A stretch of DNA of 32,000 nucleotides from Candidatus Iainarchaeum sp. (lineage in GTDB: Archaea > Iainarchaeota > Iainarchaeia > Iainarchaeales > CSSED10-239), in the NCBI GenBank assembly GCA_037441475.1, contig JBBISB010000001.1:517465-549464 (forward strand), written 5' to 3'. The notes beneath the pieces were generated by a model that worked only from the letters and a program-made list of their open reading frames with translations, was not told where the DNA came from and did not search any database. Each line of letters opens with the position of its first letter. The first letter of the stretch is position 1. Below, in pieces: positions 1 to 8,750 of the stretch. A program made the translations under genes and the position numbers.

Positions 1-127
1 CCTTATCTATTAGTATATATTTCCCTATCTGTTTATCTGTTATTTTTAACCTCTTACTCAACTTATAAATAATATTTGTTGAAAGATATCTTTCTTTATA
101 GTAGTTTATAGGGAAGGTAAAAAAGTG

Positions 128-182
128 GTTTTGTTCGGCTGAATGAACAAAAACGAGTAGTTTTGTTCAACAGACTGAACAA
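128..182. promoter_or_regulatory. Two adjacent dyad-symmetric elements upstream of the ATPase gene: GTTTTGTTC-N8-GAACAAAAAC, then TTGTTCA-N6-TGAACAA
   Basis: Read directly. 128-136 pairs with 145-154 with one bulged A. 163-169 is the perfect reverse complement of 176-182. The GTTTTGTTC half-site recurs 32 bp apart (128, 160). Confidence 0.3.
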
Positions 183-213
183 TATATAAACTTTTCTATA
201 AATATAATAATAT

Positions 214-1469
214 ATGAATGAAATTATTTTTTCTAAAATTTTACTTGAAAGTAAGAAAAAAAAGAAAACATTACTTCCTTTAAACATAAAAGATATTTAT
301 TTTCAAATATTGAAAAATCTTCAAAAGACTATTATATAGGTATCTATGGTTTAAGAGGTATTGGAAAAACAGTTTTATTATTACAACTATATTCAAAATT
401 AGACGACTCAGATTCAATATATTTTTCAGCAGACTCTACTTATTTATCTTTGTTTCCTTTATATGATATTTTAAAATTTTTAATAAATAAAAAATATAAA
501 AACATTTTTATAGATGAAATTACTTATAAAGAAAATTGGGTTCAAGATATAAAAACTATTTTTGATGAAGAAAAAATAAATATTTATTTTACAAGCTCTT
601 CTTCTATAAACATACAAAAAGGAGCTGATCTTTCAAGAAGAGTTTTATTATTTGAATTAAAACCAGCATCCTTAAGAGAATATATAAATATTAAGTATGA
701 TAAAGATATTCCTGTAATAACTTTTAATGATATAATAGATTCTAACAAAAGAAAACAAATAACTTCAAATTATGTCCTTTATTATAATTATTATGAAGAA
801 TATTTAAAATTTGGAGGTTTCTTATATTCTAAAGATAATGATCTTATTAGTTATTATAAATCTATAGATAATATTTTTAAAAAAATACTTTATTCTGATT
901 TAAATAACATAAGGAGAATAGATCCTAAAATAGAAACCGATATTTTAAATATATTCTATTTACTATCCAATTCTTCTCCTTTACAGTTAAGTTATTCAAA
1001 TTTAGCTAAATCATTAAATAGTATAAGTAAAAACACCTTAATTTCAATTATTAATGATTTAGAAAAAATTAATTTAATTAAACAATTAAAACCATGTTCT
1101 TTTGGTTATGCTTTAATTAGAAGTGATTCTAAAATATTTTTAAATCTTCCTTTTAGATATTTCTTTTCAAGTCTATTAAATAAGGTGCCAAACACTGGTT
1201 CATTAAGAGAAGATTTTTTTGTAAGTGCTTTATCTCCTGATTGTTATATTAAAACCGGTAAAGATAAGTCTGCTGATTTTATGAAAAGCAATATTATTTT
1301 CGAAATTGGTGGAAAAAATAAAAAAGATAATCAAAAAGCAGATTTTATTGTTTCAGACGATCTTGAGTTTTCTGAAAAAAAATACCTTTATTTTTATTTG
1401 GGTTTATTTACTAAAGAAATACTTTATTATTTTGGAGTAAATAGTATAGTACTTAAGGGTCTAAAATAA
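214..1469 (+). pseudogene. COG1373-type AAA+ ATPase (DUF4143 family), frameshifted near its 5' end
   Basis: ATG at 214 opens a 41-codon ORF (MNEIIFSKILL...NLQKTII*) that stops at 337-339. The body frame is open from 255 and reads KDYYIGIYGLRGIGKTVLLLQ (Walker A) in frame with the listed ORF 450..1469. A 1-nt frame change is needed between about 323 and 338. Overall similarity in layout to the intact paralog at 20745..22067. Confidence 0.6.
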
Positions 1470-1581
1470 ATTAATTTTTAAAAAATAACCCTAAAACAAT
1501 CTACTTTAAAAATATTATCTTCTTATATTTCTTATAGTTATATTAATTATATTTAAATTAAAAAAGAGTTGTTTATAAAAT

Positions 1582-1950
1582 ATGTTTCTAAAAAATGAAA
1601 AAGCACAAATCTCTTTAGAGTTTTTAATAATCTTAGGCGTAATTATCTTAGCTGTAATTATTTTTGTAACCTATTACTTAGGAATAATAAATAAAAACCT
1701 AGATAAAAGCACAGAAGCAGCAAATGCTTCTCAAATAAACCTTAATATTGAAAGAGAAATAGTTCTTCCAACAACAACCTCTCCATCTACATCAATAGCT
1801 ACTTGTGGTAATGGAACAATTGATGCTATGGAAGTATGTGATACTGCGCCTGGCACAGGCACTTTTCCTGCAGGCCTAACTTGCGCAAATATTCCTGGTC
1901 CTGGTAATAATTTAAATTGTAATAGTTGTGCCACTATTACTTGTAGCTGA
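1582..1950 (+). CDS. Archaeal type IV pilin-like protein (class III signal peptide) with a C-terminal six-cysteine module
   Basis: N-terminus MFLKNEKA/QISLEFLIILGVIILAVIIF matches the prepilin peptidase site plus QxSxEF hydrophobic helix pattern of archaeal pilins. C-terminus CGNGTIDAMEVCD...C...CNSC...C resembles the CGNG-x-E-x-CD cysteine-rich repeat. This part is visibly more GC-rich than its surroundings. Confidence 0.65.
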   Translation: MFLKNEKAQISLEFLIILGVIILAVIIFVTYYLGIINKNLDKSTEAANASQINLNIEREIVLPTTTSPSTSIATCGNGTIDAMEVCDTAPGTGTFPAGLTCANIPGPGNNLNCNSCATITCS

Positions 1951-1968
1951 TTTTTAAAAAACCTCCTC

Positions 1969-1996
1969 TTAAACCCCCTAAACATAAGGGGTTTAA
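1969..1996 (+). terminator. Stem-loop between convergent genes (TTAAACCCC-N10-GGGGTTTAA)
   Basis: Perfect 9-bp inverted repeat starting 19 nt after the pilin stop codon. A role in termination is inferred only. Confidence 0.3.
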
Positions 1997-2057
1997 CAAA
2001 CCGGCTAGTGGAACGTCAGGTTTAAGTAGTTAATCTAAAAGTTTTTTTTTAAAAACT

Positions 2058-2399
2058 TTAGACCTTTATCTTCCTTAAAACATTATCGACTTCTTTAATA
2101 TCTATTTCTCTTTTATCAATCTCACTCTTTGATAAAACCTTACTTTCTATAATCTTTTCATAAAAATCTTTATAGCTAAGGCCTGCAAGCTTAGCTGCCT
2201 CTGATAAAGTAGAATTTGTTTTTTCAAGAAGCTCTACAGCTTTTTTAAACCTATATTCTAAAACTCCCTTCTCAATAATACTTCTAAGAAGTTCAGATTC
2301 ACTTATCTTTGTTTCCTTAACCATATAGTTTATATTTTTTATAGTGGAATCAGATAATCTTATTGTTTTTGATTTTAACTTATATTCCATATTTTTCAC
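2058..2399 (-). CDS. Small DNA-binding antitoxin-like protein (RHH-like N-terminus, UPF0175-like HTH C-terminus)
   Basis: TIRLSDSTIKNINYMVKETKISESELLRSIIEKG looks like a ribbon-helix-helix. LSEAAKLAGLSYKDFYEKI resembles the UPF0175 antitoxin helix-turn-helix. No cognate toxin ORF is adjacent. Confidence 0.4.
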   Translation of the reverse strand: MKNMEYKLKSKTIRLSDSTIKNINYMVKETKISESELLRSIIEKGVLEYRFKKAVELLEKTNSTLSEAAKLAGLSYKDFYEKIIESKVLSKSEIDKREIDIKEVDNVLRKIKV

Positions 2400-2479
2400 A
2401 TTTTTTTAAATATTCTTTTCCAATATAAATATATTTTTGTTTTATTTTGTTTGTTAAAAGATTTAAGTAATTATTTGCA

Positions 2480-3215
2480 TTATCTAAAGTTATTTTTTAT
2501 TATTTCTTCACAAATTATTTTAAAATCAATCCTATTTTTTTTAAATATAAAGTGATTTGTAGAGTTATTATAATATTTTATTTTTAGAGGGTCATTTATT
2601 ATTTGTTTTAATTTTAAGGTTACTTTTTCATTTATGCTAAGTCTTTTTATTTTTAGTATGTGATATATATCGTAAATATCTTTTCCTTCATCCCTATTTA
2701 GAAACGCATCTATTTTTTGAAAAAAAAGTTCTTCTAAAGAATATACTTTATATAGAGATGTTATGTTGCTTGTAAATCCTGGATTTATAATTTTTAATTC
2801 TGCAGAATGCATTTTTTATTGTTTATTCTAAATTCTAATCTTATTTTGTATTTTTCATTAAATTCATTAATATATTGTACAGCATACCTTATTGTTTTAT
2901 TCATTATTCTAGGATTACTTAAAATATACTCGTTTAGTTCTTTTTTAATTATTTTGTATATTTCTTCTTTAATTGTATTTATTTCTTTATAGTATATATG
3001 TCAAAATCAATATCTTCTGAAAATCTTTTATTTTCTGAAAAATAAACTCTATTTAATGCCGTGCCTCCTTTTAAAATAATATTTTCTATTTTTCCTTCTA
3101 ATTTTTTAAATATTTTAGAAAGTTCTATATCTTTCATAATATAGTTTATAGATAAACCTGTTTCTAAAGCCTTTTTTCTAATTTCCTTTACTGCAGTCAT
3201 TTTTAATTCCACCAA
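2480..3215 (-). pseudogene. AbiEii-type nucleotidyltransferase toxin (type IV TA), split over three reading frames
   Basis: The N-terminal fragment (2979..3215) carries LKGGTALNRVYFSENKRFSEDIDFD, the AbiEii/DUF1814 GGTAL...R.S.DxDF signature. A second frame is open 3000..2797 (HIYYKEINTIKEEIYKII...). The C-terminal fragment (2480..2812) has EELFFQKIDAFLNRDEGKDIYDIYHI, typical of the AbiEii C-terminal domain. The summed length of about 245 aa fits the family. Confidence 0.65.
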
Positions 3216-3985
3216 CTAATGATGTTTTCTTTTCCAAAATTATCTTTTATTTTCCAATCAGATAAGTATTTGGATTTTCTTTGTTTGCTGTTAAAAAGAT
3301 AAGTTTTTGATTTTTCTTGTTCTTTAAAAAAATCAATTACTTTTAAGGGTATTTTTATGTTTGTTTCTTTATTAATTAAATCTAAGATATAGCCTGTTAT
3401 CTGTTTTTGTCTTTTACTTTTTATTTCTTTATTTAATTTAATAAATTCATCCCAGTTTATTTTATTAGATATTTCGTATATAGCTTTAGAAAGAGTAGGA
3501 TACCCTCCTGAATATTCTATTTTTGAAAAACAATCTAAAATTGTTTTTTCAAGAGTAGATATTGGTATTTCTTCTTTAATAATGTAATTATTGAAATTTT
3601 TCGTATTAATATATTTTATTGTAATTTCGTTTATTTTAATCTCTTTAGATTTATTATTGGTTGCTATAAATATAGTTTCTGGAAGATAATCAATTAGTCC
3701 ATAATTATATAGTGCAGTAGAATATGCAATATACCCAAAGTTATATGTTATTGCAATTTTTTGAATTTCTTTATAACTATATTCTTGATTTAATAGATAT
3801 GTTCCTTTACTTATTCTTAGGATATATTTTTTATCAACTAAATTTTTTAAAAATCTGTTAATCTTATTTGTATTTAAGTCTGGATAAACTTGATGTATTT
3901 CCTTGGTTGTAAAAAGAGTAGTGATGTCTTTTATAGTGGTGTATATTTCTAGTTCGCCTTTAGATAGGTGGTTATTATTTACCAT
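3203..3985 (-). CDS. AbiEi-like antitoxin / transcriptional regulator
   Basis: It sits immediately upstream of the AbiEii fragment and overlaps it by 13 nt. The N-terminal wHTH-like region and the motif GYIAYSTALYNYGLIDYLPETIFIAT are typical of AbiEi proteins. Confidence 0.6.
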   Translation of the reverse strand: MVNNNHLSKGELEIYTTIKDITTLFTTKEIHQVYPDLNTNKINRFLKNLVDKKYILRISKGTYLLNQEYSYKEIQKIAITYNFGYIAYSTALYNYGLIDYLPETIFIATNNKSKEIKINEITIKYINTKNFNNYIIKEEIPISTLEKTILDCFSKIEYSGGYPTLSKAIYEISNKINWDEFIKLNKEIKSKRQKQITGYILDLINKETNIKIPLKVIDFFKEQEKSKTYLFNSKQRKSKYLSDWKIKDNFGKENIISWWN

Positions 3986-4114
3986 ATAATGTAATTATGT
4001 TGCATTAAGTTTAAATAATTAACCATTTACAATAATTAATATTTTTAACCCTTTATTTAGAAAAATAATAAAACCTAATTTTTTATTTGTTAACAAGATT
4101 AATTAAAAAGAAAC

Positions 4115-6436
4115 CTACTCTTCCGCAACTCTATTTTCTTTTATCCTCTTAATAATCCTTGGAGCGAACTTTTCAATATACCATTTCTTCCAAATCTCAA
4201 ACACTTCATCATAGTTTGTCTTACCGTGCTCATCTAAATATTCTTCCTTGGTTATTAAAAGCTTGTTATGAGTAAAAACAGTATTTTCAGCTTCCAAAAG
4301 CTCCATGACCTGGTTTTCCTGAGCAAAGTCTACTTGGAACTTCTTTTCCTTTGCCCTTAAGGTGATGTTATCCCATATCTCTTCAATAGTCATACCAGTA
4401 AGTCTTGATATCTTAGAGAAGATCTCAGAGTCTTTTAAGGCATCTTCATTAAGCACCAAGGTATCCTTTGAAGCATCATACTCCATTAGGTTTAAAATAC
4501 CCCCTTCAACCTCAGGATCAGTACTCCAATGTTTTCTAACCTCTGTTATCTGAACAACCCTTCTATGACTCTTAAGAGAGCCTTTAAACCTAATAGGCTT
4601 TGCAACAACAATAATGTCTGTTGCCTTAAATGAGGTGGTAGGTACATCTAAATCATTAACTACTCTGTCCCATACAGCATAAGCTGAGTCTGCGTGTATA
4701 GTTCCCATTACTACATTCCCTGCAGCACCAACTCTCATGGCTTCATACAGTACTTTTGCTTCAACAGATCTTACTTCTCCTACAATTAAAGCAGAATCAC
4801 CAAGTCTTAAAGCTGTTCTTAAGGCATCCTCTGGCTTCATTTCTGTGTTTGCATCCTCTCTAGTTCCACCAATAGCTGATCTTGTTTTTAATCTTTGGGC
4901 ATTAAAACCAATATCCTTCATATACATTACAGGAAGTTCTAAAGTGTCTTCTTGAACAATAATTCTTGCATTTTGTAAAATTTCAAGCATTAAGGCTGTC
5001 ATTAAAGAGGTTTTTCCTGCACCACGTGATCCTGCAACCAAAAGAGTGGAGTTGTTGTCTATAAAGAAGCTTAACATTCCAGCAGCTAAAGGGTTAAGTG
5101 ATTTAACATTTATAAGTTGAGGTAAGGTCCATGGTGTATCTTTATGTAACCTAAAAGCAAAGGCTATACCGTCTGTTGCAAGGGGCCTACCAATAACAGC
5201 TATCCTTGTGTTTAAATCTGGCATATCAAAGTCTAAGACAGGGTGTGCATCATCAAAAGGTCTTCCTGACATTGCTCTTATTTTTCCAACAAAGCTTTCT
5301 GCATCTTTTTCAGGATAATGAACATTTGTTTGACATTGTCCATATTTTGAGTGCACTAAGTATATTGGTTTTGCACCTAATGGTGAATCAAGATAAACAT
5401 CTGTTACTTGTTTGTCTGAAAGTAATAGTTCTAAAACACCATATCCAATAGTGTATCTTGTAACAATCTCTGATAGTGAATAAACATCATCAGGGGATAG
5501 TTCTATGTTATATTTTTTTGCAATATCAATGATTGTTGATTGATATATTCTTTGGAAATATTTTCTTGTACTCTCTCCAGTTGTTAAAGTTACTTTTCCT
5601 GGTTTATAGTTTGCTACAGTATCTTTTGTTTTTGTTAAAACAAAGTAGTGATCAGGGGAAAGAGTATACTCTGGAGGGTTAATTAAATATATATATTCTA
5701 CTTTTTCTGGATGTTTAAATATCTGTACAGAGGTGTTTAATACCTGGTATTCGTCAACAAATTCTAGAGTATCCATGTCTTTAAAGGTTAATTTTGATCC
5801 TATAAAAGAAGGCTTTATCTCTACTTCAAAGATTGTTCTATAGATATCTGTAACTTCAGATAGGTCTTTTACCTTCATTAAAAGCGGTTTTATTTTTCTT
5901 ATAAACTCTGTTTTTTCATACATCTCTTTTAGTTTTAAAAGATGTTTTACGTTTTGTGTAAAGCAAGGCTCGCATGGTTGTCCTCTTCTCTCTTGCCCTC
6001 TGTTTTTTGTATTTTCAATTTCTTTTAATAAACTAATGTATGAGGCTATAGGGTCATAGGCAAGAAGCTCTCTTGCAAACTTAATAATGTTATTATGTCT
6101 TTCTGGATAACATTCATCACAATCAATGTCTTTAAGGCCTAAGTGTTGTGACACCCAGACAGCTCTGTTTTCAAACTCTAAAAGTAGGTTTACCATTTCC
6201 TTAAGGTACTTGGTTTGTTCTTCATTATAGTTTCTTTCATAAACTTCAGCTAGGATGATTTCATCAGCATCAACAGTTTCTAGAACTTTCATTGCATGGA
6301 ACCTACATCTAGGGTCTTCAGCTATGGAGGTGTTGTAAGGGCAGTTTCTACAATCAAAAACTAGTTTTTTCTTATTTCCTTCAGTTGTTACTGCATAATC
6401 TCCAACTGTGAAATTTCCTATCTTCATACCTATCAA
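4115..6436 (-). CDS. Type II/IV secretion-family ATPase (FlaI/PilB/VirB11 superfamily), probable archaeal type IV pilus assembly ATPase with a long Cys-rich N-terminal extension
   Basis: Walker A is VAGSRGAGKTSLM, Walker B/Asp box is RIIVQEDTLEL, followed by GEVRSVEA and His box GTIHADSA. The N-terminal ~230 aa contain CRNCPYN...CRFH, CDECYPERH and CEPC. Confidence 0.85.
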   Translation of the reverse strand: MIGMKIGNFTVGDYAVTTEGNKKKLVFDCRNCPYNTSIAEDPRCRFHAMKVLETVDADEIILAEVYERNYNEEQTKYLKEMVNLLLEFENRAVWVSQHLGLKDIDCDECYPERHNNIIKFARELLAYDPIASYISLLKEIENTKNRGQERRGQPCEPCFTQNVKHLLKLKEMYEKTEFIRKIKPLLMKVKDLSEVTDIYRTIFEVEIKPSFIGSKLTFKDMDTLEFVDEYQVLNTSVQIFKHPEKVEYIYLINPPEYTLSPDHYFVLTKTKDTVANYKPGKVTLTTGESTRKYFQRIYQSTIIDIAKKYNIELSPDDVYSLSEIVTRYTIGYGVLELLLSDKQVTDVYLDSPLGAKPIYLVHSKYGQCQTNVHYPEKDAESFVGKIRAMSGRPFDDAHPVLDFDMPDLNTRIAVIGRPLATDGIAFAFRLHKDTPWTLPQLINVKSLNPLAAGMLSFFIDNNSTLLVAGSRGAGKTSLMTALMLEILQNARIIVQEDTLELPVMYMKDIGFNAQRLKTRSAIGGTREDANTEMKPEDALRTALRLGDSALIVGEVRSVEAKVLYEAMRVGAAGNVVMGTIHADSAYAVWDRVVNDLDVPTTSFKATDIIVVAKPIRFKGSLKSHRRVVQITEVRKHWSTDPEVEGGILNLMEYDASKDTLVLNEDALKDSEIFSKISRLTGMTIEEIWDNITLRAKEKKFQVDFAQENQVMELLEAENTVFTHNKLLITKEEYLDEHGKTNYDEVFEIWKKWYIEKFAPRIIKRIKENRVAEE

Positions 6437-6795
6437 GTAGCCTTTATTTTCTAAAATATTATATTAATAGTAGGTAAATAGTTTATTTAAATGTTATTAT
6501 TTTCTTTTAATAGTGCTTCTCTTTTTGTTAAAGGTTTTTTTAAAAGTAAAGGAAGGAGAGTAGGTAAATGTTATTTTAATTATCAAAGGGTATTTTTTTA
6601 AAAAATGGTTTACTTTCTCTTTTATCCTGGACAAACCAATTTTTTAAATGTCCAGGGTAAGGCAGTCTTTTCTTTTACAAAGCTTTTTTCTTAGATTTTA
6701 TTTTTTTAAAGCCTTTTCTAAATAATGTAAGAAAAATACCTTATTTCTTACGTTTTTACGTAAGCTTTTAAGTTAACTTTCCTTTTTATTACTTA

Positions 6796-6825
6796 AAAGA
6801 TATCTTTTTGATATCTTTAAGATAT
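6796..6825. promoter_or_regulatory. Candidate operator for the RHH antitoxin: AAGATATC-N5-GATATCTT palindrome plus a third AAGATAT half-site, followed by a TATA-like box
   Basis: Perfect 9-bp inverted repeat 6796-6804 / 6810-6818. AAGATAT recurs at 6819-6825. ATATATTTAAATAT (6822-6835) lies about 25 nt before the ATG at 6857, consistent with a leaderless transcript. Confidence 0.35.
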
Positions 6826-6856
6826 ATTTAAATATGTTTTGTTTAATAAGTAATAT

Positions 6857-7141
6857 ATGGATGAATTTATAGTTAGGTTAAAAGGAAAGCCAAAAGAATA
6901 CATGGACTCTCTTTTAAGTAAAGGTTATTTTAGTAATAAAAACGAAATAGTTAGGCATGGTATTTTAGAGCTTGCAAATAAATATGATATCAAGGATAAT
7001 TATATCTATGATAAAGAAGAACTTACAAAGGTTGGTAAGGTAATTGAAAGGGAATTAAGGGATATTAAGAAAAAGAAAAGCAAGCTTTATTCTGAAAAGG
7101 ATTTCTTAAAGTTATTTCCTCATCTTAAAGATATTAAATAG
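6857..7141 (+). CDS. Ribbon-helix-helix (CopG/Arc-like) antitoxin
   Basis: N-terminal beta-strand plus two helices (FIVRLKGKPKEYMDSLLSKGYFSNKNEIVRHGILEL). It lies 9 nt upstream of a RelE/ParE-like ORF. Confidence 0.55.
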   Translation: MDEFIVRLKGKPKEYMDSLLSKGYFSNKNEIVRHGILELANKYDIKDNYIYDKEELTKVGKVIERELRDIKKKKSKLYSEKDFLKLFPHLKDIK

Positions 7142-7150
7142 TGGTATTAT

Positions 7151-7414
7151 TTGTATGATTATAGTTTAACTGAATCATTTATAAAAGATTTTAAAAAACT
7201 AGACTCTTCTTTACAAAAGATTATTTTTAAAAAAATTAATTATCTAGTGCAAGAGCAAATTACTAGAAAACACTTAAAATATGGTTTGCCTTATTTTGTT
7301 TTAAAAATTAATATTTCTTCAAGGCTTGTTTATGTAATTAAAGAAAATTCATTGATATTTGTGAAGGTTTTTAAAAATCAAAAGGACTATGAAAACTGGT
7401 TTTCTTCTTTATAA
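7151..7414 (+). CDS. RelE/ParE-superfamily toxin-like protein
   Basis: 87 aa. The N-terminal helix SFIKDFKKLDSSLQKIIFKKINYL and the following beta-rich part match the RelE/ParE pattern. TTG start. Position directly after an RHH gene. Confidence 0.5.
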   Translation: MYDYSLTESFIKDFKKLDSSLQKIIFKKINYLVQEQITRKHLKYGLPYFVLKINISSRLVYVIKENSLIFVKVFKNQKDYENWFSSL

Positions 7415-7672
7415 CTTTTTAATAACATCTTCATAGAAACCCTTTGCTATATACCCTAAGCAAGGAGAGGATATATACTCTTTAATCTCATTTATTTTTA
7501 TCCACTTGTAGTTTACTCCTTTCTTAGTAATAGTTTCTTCTAAAGAATCTGTTGTAGCATAATAATACTCGGTATGCATTTTTTTAAAAACATTCTCTTC
7601 TTTTTCAAACCAGTTATGACATTCTCCAATCTTTTTTTTAAGCAAGGTAATATTCTTAATACCAGTGCTCAC
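7409..7672 (-). CDS. Hypothetical protein, possibly the C-terminal piece of a degenerate Nudix-like domain continued from the upstream ORF
   Basis: GTG start overlapping the stop of 7669..8217. Its frame is open 8 codons further upstream (RYLQEIEVSTGI, loosely like the RE-U-x-EE-x-GU end of a Nudix box). The upstream ORF ends with ARGGLVYN...LLITED...WSYPKNLKDKVEG, loosely like the start of a Nudix fold. Weak by-eye evidence only. Confidence 0.3.
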   Translation of the reverse strand: MSTGIKNITLLKKKIGECHNWFEKEENVFKKMHTEYYYATTDSLEETITKKGVNYKWIKINEIKEYISSPCLGYIAKGFYEDVIKKL

Positions 7673-8533
7673 TTCAATTTCTTGGAGATATCTTTACCCT
7701 CTACCTTGTCTTTAAGGTTTTTAGGGTATGACCAAAAAGAACAGCTTGCCTTTTCATCTTCAGTTATAAGTAGTTTCTTAGTTTTGGTGTTATAGACAAG
7801 TCCCCCTCTAGCGTAACCTAAAATAACCTTTAATTTCTTATTACTCTCATATATCTTCTTAAGATCAGTTTTTTCTAAAATCTCTTCAAACTTAAGTATC
7901 TGATTTAAGATTATTTCTTTATCTATGTTGTTATAGTCTTTTATCTTAAGTAACCTGTCCTCTACTTCCTTTTCATTAACCTTTAATTGCCTAAGTAGCC
8001 TTGCATATTTGTAAAGGTTATGATACATTCTATATTTATTATCTTCAAAATAACTTTCTAAAAAATCAATTCTTATTTTTGAAAAAACACTGGTTGTTTC
8101 AAAACTAAACTCAAAGTAACTTTTTTTCTTTAAAATTTCTAATAAATCTTCTTCAAGTCTATTTCCATATATAAAAAAACTGTTTAATATAAAGTCATAA
8201 AGGTAAGGGTAGAACATATCTGTTGTAATATTTTTAAAGTTGTTTTTCTCAACATTGTTTATCTTAAACTCTATTTTAATGTTGTTTTCCTTAGATATTT
8301 TTTTTTATCTTAGAGAGTACTTCTATTTCTTTTTTTAAAATTTCTTTCTTTTTTGTAAACGCCATTATGTTAATATCACTTTCTTTAGGGGTAATCTCTC
8401 CTCTAGCAAAGGAACCATGTATGTATACTGCTTTTATAAAAGAGTATTTTCTACTATTAAACTCTTCTTTTAAGTAGTTTGCAAGCTTATAATAGCTTTC
8501 TAAGTTTTTATCTATAATTTCCATGCTCTTCAT
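7669..8533 (-). pseudogene. Pol-beta superfamily nucleotidyltransferase (MNT/KNTase-like: NTase core plus helical C-terminal domain) interrupted at an A9 run
   Basis: ORF 8291..8533 carries HGSFARGEITPKESDINIMAF (G[S]-x9-12-DxD-type motif, here D-I-N). The frame of ORF 7669..8217 stays open upstream to 8304. Removing one A from the A9 run (8298-8306) joins both into a single ~287-aa ORF. Confidence 0.5.
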
Positions 8534-8750
8534 ACCTTTGTTTTAAAGATATGTTGTCTATATATTTTTTAAAGGTTTTGCTTTTTTTTAACAACCGTTG
8601 TTTTGTTTTCCATATATTTCTCTCTTAATTATTTTGTTTTTATCTTAAGTTCTATTTATAAGGTTTTTTTGATAATAAATAATATTAATCATATAACTTT
8701 TAGAATATTTTCTTATTTTAAAAAACGACGATCTAACTAAGGTGATAAAA

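Noticed and set aside
1-166. Minus-strand frame open from 166 to the left window edge (…NYYKERYLSTNIIYKLSKRLKITDKQIGKYILIDK), with a possible TTG start at 61-59
   Set aside because: It looks coding-like, but there is no ATG, only ~20-55 codons are visible, and it runs off the edge, so the evidence is too thin to call a gene. The listed ORF 96..287 on the same strand looks like low-complexity noise overlapping the ATPase 5' end.
4362-5451. ORFs 4362..4553, 4737..4955 and 5206..5451 on the plus strand inside the secretion ATPase gene
   Set aside because: They are antisense shadows of a long, motif-rich gene, and their low-complexity translations carry no recognisable motifs. The same reasoning applies to 1731..1985, 2807..2992, 7574..7795, 8645..8926, 10547..10774, 12611..12826, 14748..15005, 16117..16302, 17792..18073, 18433..18780, 19427..19738, 19867..20142, 21334..21525, 25173..25493, 26414..26644, 28231..28452, 28592..28804, 29444..29827, 31149..31445, 31632..31847 and 31778..31993.
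7409-7414. Convergent genes sharing the palindrome TTATAA, each reading Leu-stop
   Set aside because: The overlap is real but trivial. It is a consequence of genome compaction and AT-richness, not evidence of a functional element.
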